Position numbers and translations under genes: made by a program. Below are positions 1 through 12,410 of a DNA stretch of 64,000 bases, piece by piece. This DNA is from Paecilomyces variotii (taxonomy: Eukaryota), in the NCBI GenBank assembly GCA_004022145.1, contig RCNU01000003.1; one strand, 5' to 3'. Positions within the stretch are counted from its first letter, which is position 1, and every line of letters begins with the position of its first letter. A model generated the notes under the pieces. The model was not told where the DNA came from and ran no database searches. It was given only the letters and a program-made list of their open reading frames with translations.

Positions 1-474
1 TGTATGTGAATCTGGGCTTTTATACCAGGTCCTGGCTCGGAGACATATCGGATACTTCTGATATCGTCCACGATGGGCCCCACTCCAGCTGCAGTAGTAT
101 CTGCTCTCCAGATGCAGATGGCCCTGGTAAATTATCCGTGTAGCCTAGTTTGGGCTCAAAATGTCTGCTGCGATGGCAGAAAAAAGCAATAAGGAGGGGC
201 TTTTAACTTTTAGTTCGAGGATGTACCATATGTAGTTCCACCAAGGTAGCAAGGTGGCATAGCTCCCTTTCTGAGCAAGTAAAGGACGTCTTCGACTACC
301 CTGTTTATTCACGTATTTGGTATCAATCACGAATTCGTTGGCTCAGAAATGGGGAAGTAAGTTACTCCGTTTTGAGTCTGTTGCGGCTCGACAACATCAA
401 CCATGTCAACCTACCTATGGGCAACAGCAGTCTACTACTCGACTACTCCGGTGTTTGAGACACAAAAAAACAAG

Positions 475-489
475 AAAAAAAAAAAGAAA
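475..489 (-). terminator. Pol III oligo-T terminator of tRNA-Ser
   Basis: Minus strand reads TTTC then an 11-T run, starting about 5 nt after the discriminator base. Confidence 0.75.
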
Positions 490-494
490 GCAAC

Positions 495-659
495 CGTCAG
501 CGACAGGATTCGAACCCTGATTGGTACATGTTAGTTTATCTTGTTTTTTTCTGTAATTCAGTTCGAAGTAGACTTACTGTGCGGGCGAACCCATTCGATG
601 TCTACTCCTATCATAGATAGTATTCGAGTCGAACGCCTTAACCACTCGGCCACACTGAC
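495..659 (-). tRNA. tRNA-Ser(CGA) interrupted by a 23-nt canonical intron (622-600) and a 61-nt spliceosomal-type intron in the T-stem (577-517)
   Basis: Spliced sequence (81 nt): GTCAGTG-TG-GCCGAGTGGTTAAGGC-G-TTCGA-CT(CGA)AA-TCGAA-TGGGTTCGCCCGC-ACAGG-TTCGAAT-CCTGT-CGCTGAC-G. It has a 7-bp acceptor stem, D-arm, perfect anticodon stem, long Ser-type variable arm (GGG-TTCG-CCC), perfect T-stem and discriminator G. A box TGGCCGAGTGG, B box GGTTCGAATCC, and a T-run follows. Confidence 0.93.
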
Positions 660-983
660 ATAACTGGCGGAAATTTTTGCCAGCGGTAGTCTAATAATAC
701 TACTCCGCGTGCCTTATCAAGATCGAGGCGATCCCTCCGCGCGGAGCTTGTAGCCTGAGTACGGCGCCGCAGAGACACCCGTTTAGCTCCACGTCGGCCT
801 TCCTTCAGTGATCACGGCGGAGGGACAGCTTCGTCAGCATACACACCTTTATACCTCGACTTGCTGCCATCGTCCAGCTCTTTAGACCCTGAAATCATCA
901 TCTTGCCCTCCTTACCTCCTCCTGGGGCCTTGAATTATTCTCTCCGCAGCCCGTCCCTGTTGACACCCGCCTCCTTCCCTACC

Positions 984-2287
984 ATGGAGGGTGACAAGAT
1001 CGCCGACTTCCTCGCAGACCAGCGCGATCAAGCTCCTGCGGAGGCGCAGGCCTTTTTCTTGAGCTTCGAAGATTTCTGGGAGAGGAAGCTATGGCATCAA
1101 CTCACGAATTCCCTCATAGATTTCTTCTCTCTACCAGAGAGCGCACCGCAACGGCTACCTCTCTTCAAGTCGTTCATCCTCAGCTTCGCCGATAGGATCA
1201 ATCAGCTGAAGTTCGTGTCGCTGGGTTTGATGGCATCTACGCAATGCGCAGGTCAGTGGTTTTGATATATACAATCCCTTGCTCCATTGGGTGCTACGTT
1301 GAAGCTCGTCCGATCTGAACAGAGGCTGACATCACTGGTGGTCCTTAGATGACAATGAACGATTTGCTTTCCTTACTTCCCTTGCAGACAAGGTCAACAA
1401 GCCAGACTCGCAGGATGCATATGTCTACGCTTTGGCAGATGTGGCCAGCGTGAAGCTACGACTAAAGGATTTTGAGGGAGCGCGCAAGGACTTGGATACT
1501 TCTGAGAAGATCCTGGACAGATTCGACTCCGTTGAGACGGTTGTCCATGCTTCGTTCTACAAAGTAAACGCTGCTTACTACCAGGTATGTGGAAGACAGT
1601 TGATGCTTTTTAGATACTGCCATGGTTCTAATGTACGATCTCCAGGCCAAGCAAGAATTCGCCGCTTATTACAAGAACGCCCTGCTGTACCTCGCATGCA
1701 TCAACATTGAAGACTTGACTGAAGAAGAGCGTGTGTCGCGCGCATATGACCTCAGTGTTGCAGCCCTTGTTTCGGACTCAATCTATAACTTTGGTGAACT
1801 GCTCCTGCACCCTATCCTGGACTCCCTCACCGAGACACCCCACGCCTGGCTGCGGGACCTTCTCTTCGCCTTCAACCGTGGCGATCTCACCGCCTACGAC
1901 GTCCTCGCCGGTAACATCACCAAGAACCAGCTCCTCGAGCAACACCGTATCTTCCTGTACCAGAAGATCTCTCTGTCGGCCCTAACAGAGACTGTCTTCC
2001 GTCGTCCCCCGCACGACCGCACCATGACCTTTGCCGCCATCTCCGCCGAGACGAAGGTCAAGCCTGATGAAATCGAACATCTCGTTATGAAGGCGCTATC
2101 CCTCGGTCTGCTGAAGGGTAGCATCGACCAGGTCGCTCAGATCGCGCGCATCAACTGGGTCCAACCCAAGGTACTGGACATGAAGCAGATCGACGGCATG
2201 CGGAGGAGACTGAAGGAATGGGACGCTGGCGTCAACCAGCTCGGACACTGGATCGAAGGTGTTGGAAAGGATGTCTGGGCTGCTTAG
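984..2287 (+). CDS. RPN9: 26S proteasome lid subunit Rpn9 (PSMD13); 3 exons (984-1251, 1349-1584, 1646-2287)
   Basis: N-terminal FEDFWERKLWHQLT, IYNFGELLLHPIL, PCI-domain C-terminus (EHLVMKALSLGLLKGSIDQV...WVQPKVL); GT-AG introns join the frames. Confidence 0.95.
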
Positions 2288-2671
2288 ACAAAATGAAAGA
2301 ACCCCGCGACCTTCTCCCGGCCGCGTTGTATCTTTTACCAAATCCGAGCTTAATTTTATTCGGGTCAAATATATGATCCCAATGTTTGCGGATTTCAGGA
2401 ACCAAAATACGAAAGAACAAGACCTAGGGTAAGATAGGTTCTGCGGAAACCGAGTCTCTCGAAGTAGAAAGGCCCGGTACGATATGATATTGATGATATC
2501 CATTAGTAACAAAACAAATAAGGAAGACAATGTCTTAACTTCCCGTCATTTATTCCCGCTCGTAGTTATAATAGTACAAATACAATACATGTCTGGAAGA
2601 ACACATCACATGTTTGAAGTTCAATACAATTCCCTCAAAGGAGAAAGCAGGACCAAGCAGGTAGGTTGGAC

Positions 2672-4966
2672 CTAAATCACCGAAGATCCCAACAACACAC
2701 ACCCTGTCAACCAAGCAGGCCACCAAACACACCAGACAACGACCTGCGTCCACATTCCCCACACATCCCAACCGAAAGCTGCTTGCGTGAGAACAACAGA
2801 TACAGGAACGCCCGTATACCAGCACGTAGCTATGAAGACTGCTGGGGGAGAAAGCAGGTTCATGACGAGAAAGCCTATCGTGGTGAGTGCGTATCTGATT
2901 GCTGGGGGCGTAGATTCCGGGTTGATACGGCCGATGAAGCTCAGCGGGGTGCAGAGGAGGCCGATCATGAATGATAGGGAGAAGTTGATGGTGGCGAGGG
3001 CGGAGAGGAAAAGGCCCAAGAGGAGGAGGGAGAATGATTTGATCAGGAGGTATTGCTGAGATGTAGGGACGGAGCTGGGGGCGTATTTGAGAAGGGTTGA
3101 TATGAGAATGGGCAGGACTGAGTTGAGTCCGGCGAATGCGTAGGTTGCTGTGGTGAAGTGCTATACGTGGAGGAATTAGTTTAGATGGTCCCAAAGGGTT
3201 GTTTTATAAGACGTTTATTAGATTAGACACTTACTTGGTGGGAAAGATTGTTGAATATGTAGAGAGGGATGACGCCGAGGAAATGGAGGCCGATGACTGA
3301 AGTCAAAGGTAGCGCTAGCTGTCGTTCCAGGATTCCTTCTACTTCTCTTTCCCCTCCAGTAGCTCCTTTCGCGGACTCTGGCGACTCTTTCGACTCTTTC
3401 GACTCTTTCGACTCTTTCGACTCTTTCGAGTCGGACGTCTTGTCTGCAGGAGTGGCAGGTGATGCAGGTATATCTGTCCGATATCCACTGAGGTTCCACA
3501 GAGCAATGGCCATGACAGTGAAATTGACCGCGATCAGCATCGCACTGGGAAGATACGTTCCAATACTGACGAAGCGATTTGCCTGCATGAGCAGGTAGAA
3601 GAAGAAACTCTGATGCAAGTGCTCCAGCAGGTTGTTCAGACTCCGACAGAGACTCTCGACCGTCCTGCCCAATGCCATCTCATCCTGCCAACCATGGCCT
3701 TTCGTCTGGAGAGTGATGGCATCGATGTGGTATGGCATGAAGCTACTATGAGCTCCCGTAGCATAGCCAAGACCCTGTTTGACCATTCCTCTGAGAATCG
3801 TCTGCAGGCGCATCTTATAGCTGTCGTCATGATCCCACATCTCCTGCAGGTTGGCACCGATGCCCATCTGTCCGCTGGCGATTGAAACGGCGGTGTTGAA
3901 GAGATCCAGGTTTGGTAGTTGTCCATTAACACCGTCATAAACAATATGAAGCGTTTCGAAGGTCCAATCGAATGGATATTCAATGACCAGTGCACCTTGC
4001 AGCGCACCACTCTTCAACGGCAAAGGCTGGACAGACGACGGATGCGTATCATGGTATGCATCAACCCAGGCCTTGGTACCTGATTCACTATCCGGGGGGA
4101 TCACGAATATGATATCCTTCGACCACAGAGACCACCCTAGTCACGTTCTGTCAGCAAAGCCTAGCTCATAGAAGACCCGCAAGACACCTCACTCTTAAAG
4201 TATCTCGCCAATGTCAAAGCGAGAGTAACTCCGTTTAGATTCAATTCACCATCCACGGTCCTCCAAGGAGCTACGAGCACGATGGCTTCGGTAGCATCTC
4301 CGCGTGGAGCATGGATAATCGAATAGATGTTCTGCCCCTTATGCACGATACCGGCGGACTTGTATTCGTAGTTCTGAGTCGCAACCTTCAGGCCAGAGGC
4401 GCGAAAGATGGACTGTAACTTCTCCGATACCCTGTATTCGATCATCACAACCATTAGCCAAAGCCCTTCTGGAGTTGTCACCCTACCAGTCTGAGCATGG
4501 GTTGAACGTACACGGGCGACGTCTCCCCTCCTTTTCCTCCTTCTGGTCCACTATCAACCAACAATCCCTCGAGCTCCTTCTTATATCCACGAAATATATG
4601 CTGCTCGCTCCCAGCAAAGTATGTATGTACCTGTCCCGGGAGCAGCGCGTTCTCGGATATGTAGGTCTGTCGCGAATACTCGTCGAGCGGGAGGAGAAGG
4701 AGCCAAATGATTCCGACGACGATACAGATCAGAGACACGAATGGAGTTAGGCGCGTGAAAATGAACTGAGGATTGCCCCGCAAATTGCGGAGAGCCGCTG
4801 GCGCTGTAATATTGTCAGCTTCTTTCTATCCAGAACAGAACCGTTATGGGGGTTGATTGCGGAGGGGACGACAAGTGGTCGTTGAAACGAAACAACAGCA
4901 CTTATGCCGTAAATCCACAACATTGGCATGATGAACAAGGAATTCACACTTACATATGAGCGCCAT
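2672..4966 (-). CDS. GAA1: GPI transamidase component Gaa1, multi-exon
   Basis: TYISENALLPGQVHTYF, HAPRGDATEAIVL, GVNGQLPNLDL, LNNLLEHLHQSFFFY and a multi-TM C-terminus; short first exon ATGGCGCTCATAT|GTAAGT. Confidence 0.93.
3382..3429. repeat. 9-bp coding minisatellite (CGACTCTTT)x5 encoding SKE repeats in Gaa1
   Basis: Perfect tandem copies; protein reads SKESKESKESKESKES. Confidence 0.9.
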
Positions 4967-5232
4967 TGCAGGGAAAGGCCTTGAAGATTTCCCAGGCGGC
5001 CTTGGAACAGGACCGTGATGTTCGGAGCTAGAACCCCAGGTCCGCTCAAATGCATACTTAGTTACACCATGAAATTTACGGCTAACCGTACGGCCCATCT
5101 ACGCACTCGATGCTATCGAGTCATCTATCTTAAGTGTTTATCCTTTCTTTGTATTCGCGGGAACGGTGACTACAATATTTTATATCATCATAATATATAC
5201 AAGAACGTGACTATACATTAAATCGTATCTTT

Positions 5233-6352
5233 TTACGGACCAAGTCTCTGGGTAGTCCCGTAATAGCCCATAGCCACCGAGTGCTCGGTAGTGGCCGCAG
5301 TAGTTGGTAGAACGCCATATCGGCCATATGTTTTCTGGTCGACGGAGACGTAATGGGGCAGTCTTCCGAGGAGATTCAGTTTCATTTCAATCCACCTGAG
5401 GATCTTCTCAGGCGGCACAAAAATCTTAAGATATCCAAGGCCAACTGACGCGTTATAACCATTAGCACTTGTCAAACAAGCCGGGGTGTACAAGTCACTT
5501 ACGCAGATAACCCATAAGGATGGCGCAAAGGTGACCGAGGAAACTGGTGTTGCGAACTAGAATAGCAACGAATATACAGGCGAACAGAGGCGACGTCCAA
5601 GTAGGGATTTTGTAAGTTCCAATGCTGACAGCTGTTAGCAACAACGTGTGACGAATTTGGTATTTTTATATACGAACGTGAAATACGGATTCGACTTGAA
5701 TGTCCTTATGGCCTCTGATGCTAGAAGCAAGAAAACCCAGACACTAGATCCTCAAATTAGATTATTTTTGTCACCTTTGACAAAGGGAAGAGGCACTGAC
5801 CTTGCACCAACAACTGGGGTAGCCTTATGCAGAATACCTCTCTCGAAAAGTATGTAGAGGCCTGCAGGGAAGGTTGAAAGTGCTAGCGATAGAAGTCAGT
5901 ACGAATGCATTTCAGCAAGCAAGATAGCAATGGAACGTGGGTCTAGACATACGTCCAAGGAACAAAGCGACAGAAGTCAAGGTTCCATGCTCAGCCTCGA
6001 ACCGTTCCAGTAGCGGCGTCAGCGCCAAGACGTTCAGGAGCATATGCACAAAGCCCGCGTGTATCAAAGGATACGTATTCAGTCGATACACTATGAAAGT
6101 CAATAACTATTCTGTATAGCATTGTCCCGCGACTTTGGGGGTCTGAGGTGCCTTACTTCCACTTGTAATACTGATCTCGTCGGGCTTGAGAGATCCCCAT
6201 TGTATCACGCTCCAGACAGTCTGCAGCTCTAGTATCCATAGCGCAATGATAACCAACAATATCAATCGCGTGAAGAGCGGAAGTCGCAGAATGTACGAGC
6301 GTAGTCTGGCTGGATTGAATGGCAAAGGAGGTAGGGTCGCCGGGGGAGCCAT
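5233..6352 (-). CDS. Rhomboid-family intramembrane protease (Rbd2/RbdA-like), multi-exon
   Basis: YRLNTYPLIHAGFVHMLLN (rhomboid YR...HxxxxHxxxN motif), ERFEAEHGT, C-terminal PHYVSVDQKTYGRYGVLP; likely 5'-UTR intron at about 6889-6692. Confidence 0.88.
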
Positions 6353-7380
6353 GGTTCCGTTGTGCCTCGGCTGCAATACGTTGGCTGACGAGCAAGGATA
6401 GATTTGACAGCCGCTTGACTATGGCACTGCAGAGAGCCCAGGAAAGCGATTTATCCAAGGCGTGGGCGCGCTGGCGGGCAATGATCGATGGAGTTGATGA
6501 GACCGGTATCCGCGGACGCTTCGACAGTAGCAGGGGGACGAGAGATACGCCCCTTGGTCTGTTTAGAAGATTGCGACGTTCATAAACGATGACAACCCGT
6601 CGAGACAGATGTCCTGATGCCGTGAATCCTCGATCTCAAAACGGAACACGCGGGTAACAACGAATTTCGGACAATGTTCTCCGCATCCACGGCTGTAGGA
6701 TGCGAAAGGAGGGTAAATGGACGAGTCAGCGATATCCTCAATCCTCCAGAGCCACTGCTGGGTATCCCGAACAGTGCTGTGAGGATGAGCGAGAATAATG
6801 TAAAGTGTTGGCAGATGGACACGAAAAAAAAAATTAATTAGGATCAGACAGGCCGTTGAAGGTAGCCGCGCGAGGAGTTTCGGCTTACCTGGTCTCCAGC
6901 GGTGGAGCCGTTGTTTTACTGCGATGAATGCGGAGCTGCAAATGCCCGACTTCCGTCCCTGGCAGCGTTGGCATCACATGATTTGATGCCTTTGTTTGTC
7001 CTCCACGTTTCAACCTGGACTGAACAATAATAAGATACAGATTTCCAATGGCTAGTCAAGTAATATGACCACTACTACACTGCAACTGCATCATATGCAG
7101 CATTGATCCTACAATCGACTACTAGTTACCAGGCCTGGCACTGTGATATACATGGCCACTGCCCTTCAATGAGCATTCGTGACAATAACAGCGTAATAGT
7201 CGAGATATAGTACGAATACCCTCTTCGTTCACAGAGCCAAAACGCCGTTCGCTACGCTACATCATTGCCTAATCGTTCCAAGGTCGCACGTATGATGGAA
7301 TATTAGATTCTAACCTAGTGGAATATATAATCGAAGGTAAATCGTCCAATCATATGCCTATTTGAATAGACGCTGAGGCT

Positions 7381-8390
7381 TTACAGGTGGTAAGCGAACC
7401 AAGCGATAGCCTGAACGAAGGCCTGCTCCTTGGCGAACTTGTTCTGGGGCTTGCTCAGATCGGCGCGGACGGCGAAACCGTGAACGACACCGCTGAACAG
7501 GTTGATTTGCCAAGGCTGGCCGGTCTTGATAAGGGTGCCCTCGGACTCGTGGCGCAGCTCCGTGGTGAAGATCTGGTCAGTTTCTGTGGGATCGAGGCTG
7601 TCAGTAAATGTCTACGCACACGCCATTGTTCGATGTAAGTCTCGCGGGGGAGGAATAAACGTACCGGCAGCAGCGATGGAGAGGGGTCCCTGGATGGCGC
7701 CAAGCTCCTCGTGGGTGACGAAAGACGGGTGGGCATTGAATCCAACGTCGATCTGGCCGTTCTTCAGGAAACGGGTCACATACTGCAAAGATTCAACGCG
7801 CGTTAGCTCGACAACGGACACAAATCTTCCTAAACGGGCAATGAAATTACGCACCTTGGCACCGAAGCAGTATCCGACACCTCCGATCTTCTTGATGCCC
7901 TGCTCGCGAAGGTTCTTGATGGCCGCCTCGACAATAGGGTCGACGTGGTTGGTCTGGTGGTTGGGGAGCCAGCTGGGCAAGTCAACCTTTCCGCCCTCCA
8001 TAGCAGCGACGTCGATGGCGTCACCGGCGAAGAGGTCAGGGATGACAGCGAGGTAGCCATTCTCGGCAAACTGGTCAGCAATGAGCTGGCTGTTGGTGTA
8101 GATGCCGAAGATGTCGGTCAGGATCAGGATGGCCTTGTCGGTCTTCTCCTTGGGCTGGGCGAAGTAGGTCTTGACTGCAACGCAGAAGAAACGGTAAGTA
8201 AACGACCAACCAAGTCAAGAAATTATTTGTTGCAAACATTGGCAACGAGCCATGATCCTGAAGAACAGGACATCAAACGAACAAAAAACGCCTGAGACTT
8301 ACCACCTCCGATGTCCTTGATCTCGCCGGTAGGGTTGCCCTCATGCTTGAAGCCGGTAGCGCAGCAAGCGCCAGGTGGGTTGGAAGCCAT
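7381..8390 (-). CDS. Dienelactone hydrolase family alpha/beta hydrolase (Aim2-like), multi-exon
   Basis: MASNPPGACC start, ILTDIFG, GVGYCFG nucleophile motif, HPS, HGFAVR. Confidence 0.92.
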
Positions 8391-10354
8391 CTTGCAGGTT
8401 ACTAAGTATTGAGGAAACGTATAATAAGGAAAAGAAAACTCCCAGAACGGATGGAAGAAGAATATCGGAGCTCTAAGCGGGTTAATATACCGATGTCCTT
8501 CTCCTCTACACTAAAGTGATTCCACTGAGGGGTAGCTAGCTAAAGCAGAATTGCGGCAAAACAGAAGGCAAGGCCCCCTTTGTTACAGCCCCTCCTTCTG
8601 AAGCGCCTCCACCTTGAAGATCTCCAATGAAATCCATACGTTTCCGTTCTTTTCTCGATACAACGGACCTCCGAAATGGATATTTTCTGTTGCTTATTAA
8701 TCTCCCTCCATTGATGGTCAAGGCCAATAACTGACGTGTCGTGGGAAACTTCCCCGCGCTAACCATGGAACGGGGCCGATTTCGGCAATTCATTTTTTTT
8801 TAAAAAAAACATTGTTATCTACCAAGACTTCAACAACGTGGGCGGTCGATTAGGAACTCATGGGATTTTATAATAGACTTGGCCACTCAATGCATATCTT
8901 TGCACAGTTAGTTTACTTTGAGCTGAAGTTGACCTTCTTAAGGGCTATCTGCATAGCTTCTATCTATATGATGATAAATAAAGCGCAACCATCTCAACGG
9001 ATCTACTCCGTAACTAAGCGCTCGGTATCTATATTACTAGTTAAATGCCGAGCCCATCTAGTCAGTAGTAGTTAGACGACCCGAACAGCCGAGACTCCGA
9101 TAAGCATCAAGTAGAATAGGTACTAGACCGCCAAATACAGTAACTGTGTACTACTACATATACATATATCTCTCCAACGCAACGATGAAAATAGTGTACT
9201 TATATATAAAGCGCAGAATTCTATATAGACTACCTTTTGCAGGAGGCCACGGGAGAAAGGAAATGTAAACTGAACAACAATAAACAGACTAACTATACTA
9301 GAGAGGAGAGGAGATTATGTACATAAGCTAATCGTTCTTATTATTCACCGTCAGTTAACCTAAACTATCTATCTACCTACCTAGATTCCGCGACTGCTTC
9401 CCTCGATAGATGATAGCATACATACTGGGTACATACACTGCACACGTTAAAGTTCCGGGAGAGGGTATTATCCTAATAACGAAGCGAGAAGATACTAACT
9501 GTACTTTAATAAATGAATTAAAGAACTTACTATAGATATAATAGACTGCGGATCAAAATACCTCTACCTTAACCTAAAACAGGGATATATACTACATAGG
9601 TTAGAGTTAATATAGATAGATAGTACTACCATACTAGTTATACTATAATCTGACGTCATGAGCGATAGGTGGTAATATTATCGGGTAAGCACTAGAATAC
9701 TAACAAACTTGAGATCTACAAGGATATAATATGGAAAAGATCTTGATCTTAAAAACTAGTGCACCAGATCTGATCTTTACTTTAATACTCTGCCAAGATT
9801 GAGCTTTAATCGTACCCTAACTTCTCAAGTACGTGTTAGACAGGAAAAGAAACTTCTAAAAGAGTCGAGTTCTCATTTTATTTTTTTTTTAAAATACTTT
9901 TCTCGCATTTTTATTTTCATGTCTTTGAAATGAATGCTCGTCCGTATAGATCCCGTGGTAAGACTTTCCCCACCAGATGACCAGTTCCCGACCATTCGAC
10001 CACCACCGTATTAATGACGCTTCATCATCCGTTATAGATCGTGGCCATGAAGCGTTCAAACATTAGATCAGATCGAAAACAAAAAGCAGGGGGAAATAAG
10101 GGCATAAAATCCGTAAAAATATTCGAGGTCACATCAAGCACATCACCGGCAATCCGAAGAGACGAACCGGGGGTATTGATCCGACGACAAAAAAAAAAGA
10201 CAACCAGTTTAATCGGGGTATAAAGCGGGATTGAAATCGACATCAACCGTCCTAGAAGATAAGAAAAGAAAAATATTAAGTTAAATCCAGGGTTGGCCCA
10301 CCGGCGCGGGAGCAAGCAACCGTGCTCGCGGGATATCCAGAGCGCTGGTCAAGC

Positions 10355-12410
10355 TCATGCGGGGAAGCGGAAGCCGGGCGCCAATTTGGGCGGAGCCTCT
10401 CGGTTGACCGCCCACGCTTTGATGGCAATAGCGCAGATCTCCATCGCCATGATGAAGGCGGTGAAGCCCATACCAACAGTGAACGTGAACATCGCATTAA
10501 GGTCATAGTAGACCATTACGTCGATAACGTCCTTGGTCTGGGATCATTAAGTTAGCAAACCGTTATCACAGTTACGGAGAACTTCTCCCGACGGAATTCG
10601 AGACATACACTCAGCATGAAGATGAGACCGCCTGCCATGAGGCAGAATGCGCTAATCACTTCGGACGGCGGGCGGGATGGCAAGTATGACGTCGGAGGTT
10701 TGATGAATAAGAGAACATAGGTGACAGAGCGCGCGAGCGCAAATCCAACCAGCAGAGTTCCCCACTGCTTGTGGACCATGGTAGAAACCATGGACGCCTG
10801 GTGATGCGAGCCCATCATCATTCCCAGCAGGAGAATGACCAGACTAGGCATCGGATTGAGCGAGACTCCTTGGGTGTTGGGAACCTGCCATGCAGGATCG
10901 GGTTGTCCGTAGGCGTCGAGATGCGTAGACGGGCGCAAGACAGTGTTGTTGAGCCATCCCCGAATGCGCTTGGACTCGAAAAGCATACCAGCCTGTCCAG
11001 GTTCCATTGTCAGCGAGGCTCTTTCATTTCGGTCGCAGATCCGAGGAAGCTTACCAGTCCACCGCCAAAGAACATGACAGAGATCGACACGTGCTCCAAG
11101 TCCATAGCACTCCACGCGCCTCCCCAACCGGCCAGATGCTCAAGGAAGACGTTGCTTGCACCGTACAAGAAGATCACGAGAGATTCAGTGAACTCGCCAG
11201 TGGGAATGCGAGACTTCCACTTGCCAACGACAGAGCTTGGGGGCTTGACGTTCCAGGCCCATCCAAAGTCCGCCCAACAGCCCATCCATCGACCCAGTGT
11301 CAGAAGACCGTACCAGAAGAAAATTCCGCCCTTGATGAAGTGAGCAAGGCCGTTGAAGATGTTGTTACCTCTCTGAAGGCTAATGTTAGCGTAATGGCAG
11401 CACTGGTGGTGCGGGACATCCTTACAAAGATACCACCATAGACCACACCGCCGGTCACCAACGCAACGAAACCAAACGGCAGGATAATCCGGTCAATTAC
11501 AATGTACGTGACACCCAGGATCTTGAGCAAGCGATCGGAGACGAAGTTAGGCACACGATTGGCCAGGAAGCGGTCCAGCACGGTGCTCTTGATCCAGCCA
11601 CGGGGCGCGGTAGGTTCATCCTCCTCCAGGTCATCTTCCGGCTTTCCATAGATCTCGTACATTTCCGGGGAGGGGCAGCTGCTCGATGGGGACGAAGGTC
11701 TGCTATTGAGAGAGGACGAGTTCCTCTCGGTACCCTGACCGCTGTCACCCGACCACCGGTATTCGTGCACAGCACCGGTAGGGTAGGTATTCTGGTGTTG
11801 CGCCATCGTCTGAGAAGACACAGGCAGGAAAGAGGCACGTTCATATGAAATACCCTGGGCGCTCTTTCCGCGACCAGAGTATGCGAAAATCAAGCCCATG
11901 ATGACTTGCGCGCTCACCACCCAGGTCACGATCCAGCCGATCTTATGGTGAACATTGTTCTCATAGAGATCTGGGGTCTGACTGTTGTAGATGATTCCTA
12001 CAAGGATACCAAAACCATTGACCAGCAGAAACAGGAATTGAGTGGGCAGCGCATATCTAGACTTCGCAACGCTGAACATGACTCCTGTAGTAACGGTCAG
12101 ATCTGTCTGTGATGCTACTTTTCTGGGGAAAACCGGAGATCTTACCAACGGGGAGAACAAAGCACCATGCCAGCACCATCAGGATTATGTGGGCCAGAAT
12201 TGTGCCCGTATGTTTCCCGTATGCGAAGTAGCTCATCATTGCGGGGTCAGTGGTTGGCGCCGCTGCTGTCTGATTATGGCCCATGCTGTCGTCCATCTTC
12301 ATATCCATTGACATGTCCATAGACTCGTGATCTTCGTGAGGAAGAGCGCTAGCCAGTGCGGCCAGCAGCAAAGCTGCCGCCAGCACTGGTTGAACGGAAA
12401 CCTGCCTCAT
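10355..12410 (-). CDS. YTP1-like integral membrane protein (DUF2427 plus Ytp1 domains), multi-exon
   Basis: Signal peptide and His/Met-rich N-terminus, TPDLYENNVHHKIGW, GCWADFGWAWN, ASNVFLEHL, MMGSHHQASMVSTMVHKQWG. Confidence 0.88.

Noticed and set aside
317-520. 67-aa ORF ending KKTRKKKRKQPSATGFEP
   Set aside because: Antisense translation of the tRNA 3' end and its T-rich terminator
3218-3598. ORFs with ERV and DSF repeats
   Set aside because: Alternative frames of the 9-bp repeat inside GAA1
6885-6893. CTTACCTGG resembling the U1 snRNA 5' end
   Set aside because: No U1 stem-loops or Sm site were recognised. It is better read as a minus-strand CAG|GTAAG donor of a 5'-UTR intron of the rhomboid gene, with branch and acceptor near 6730-6692.
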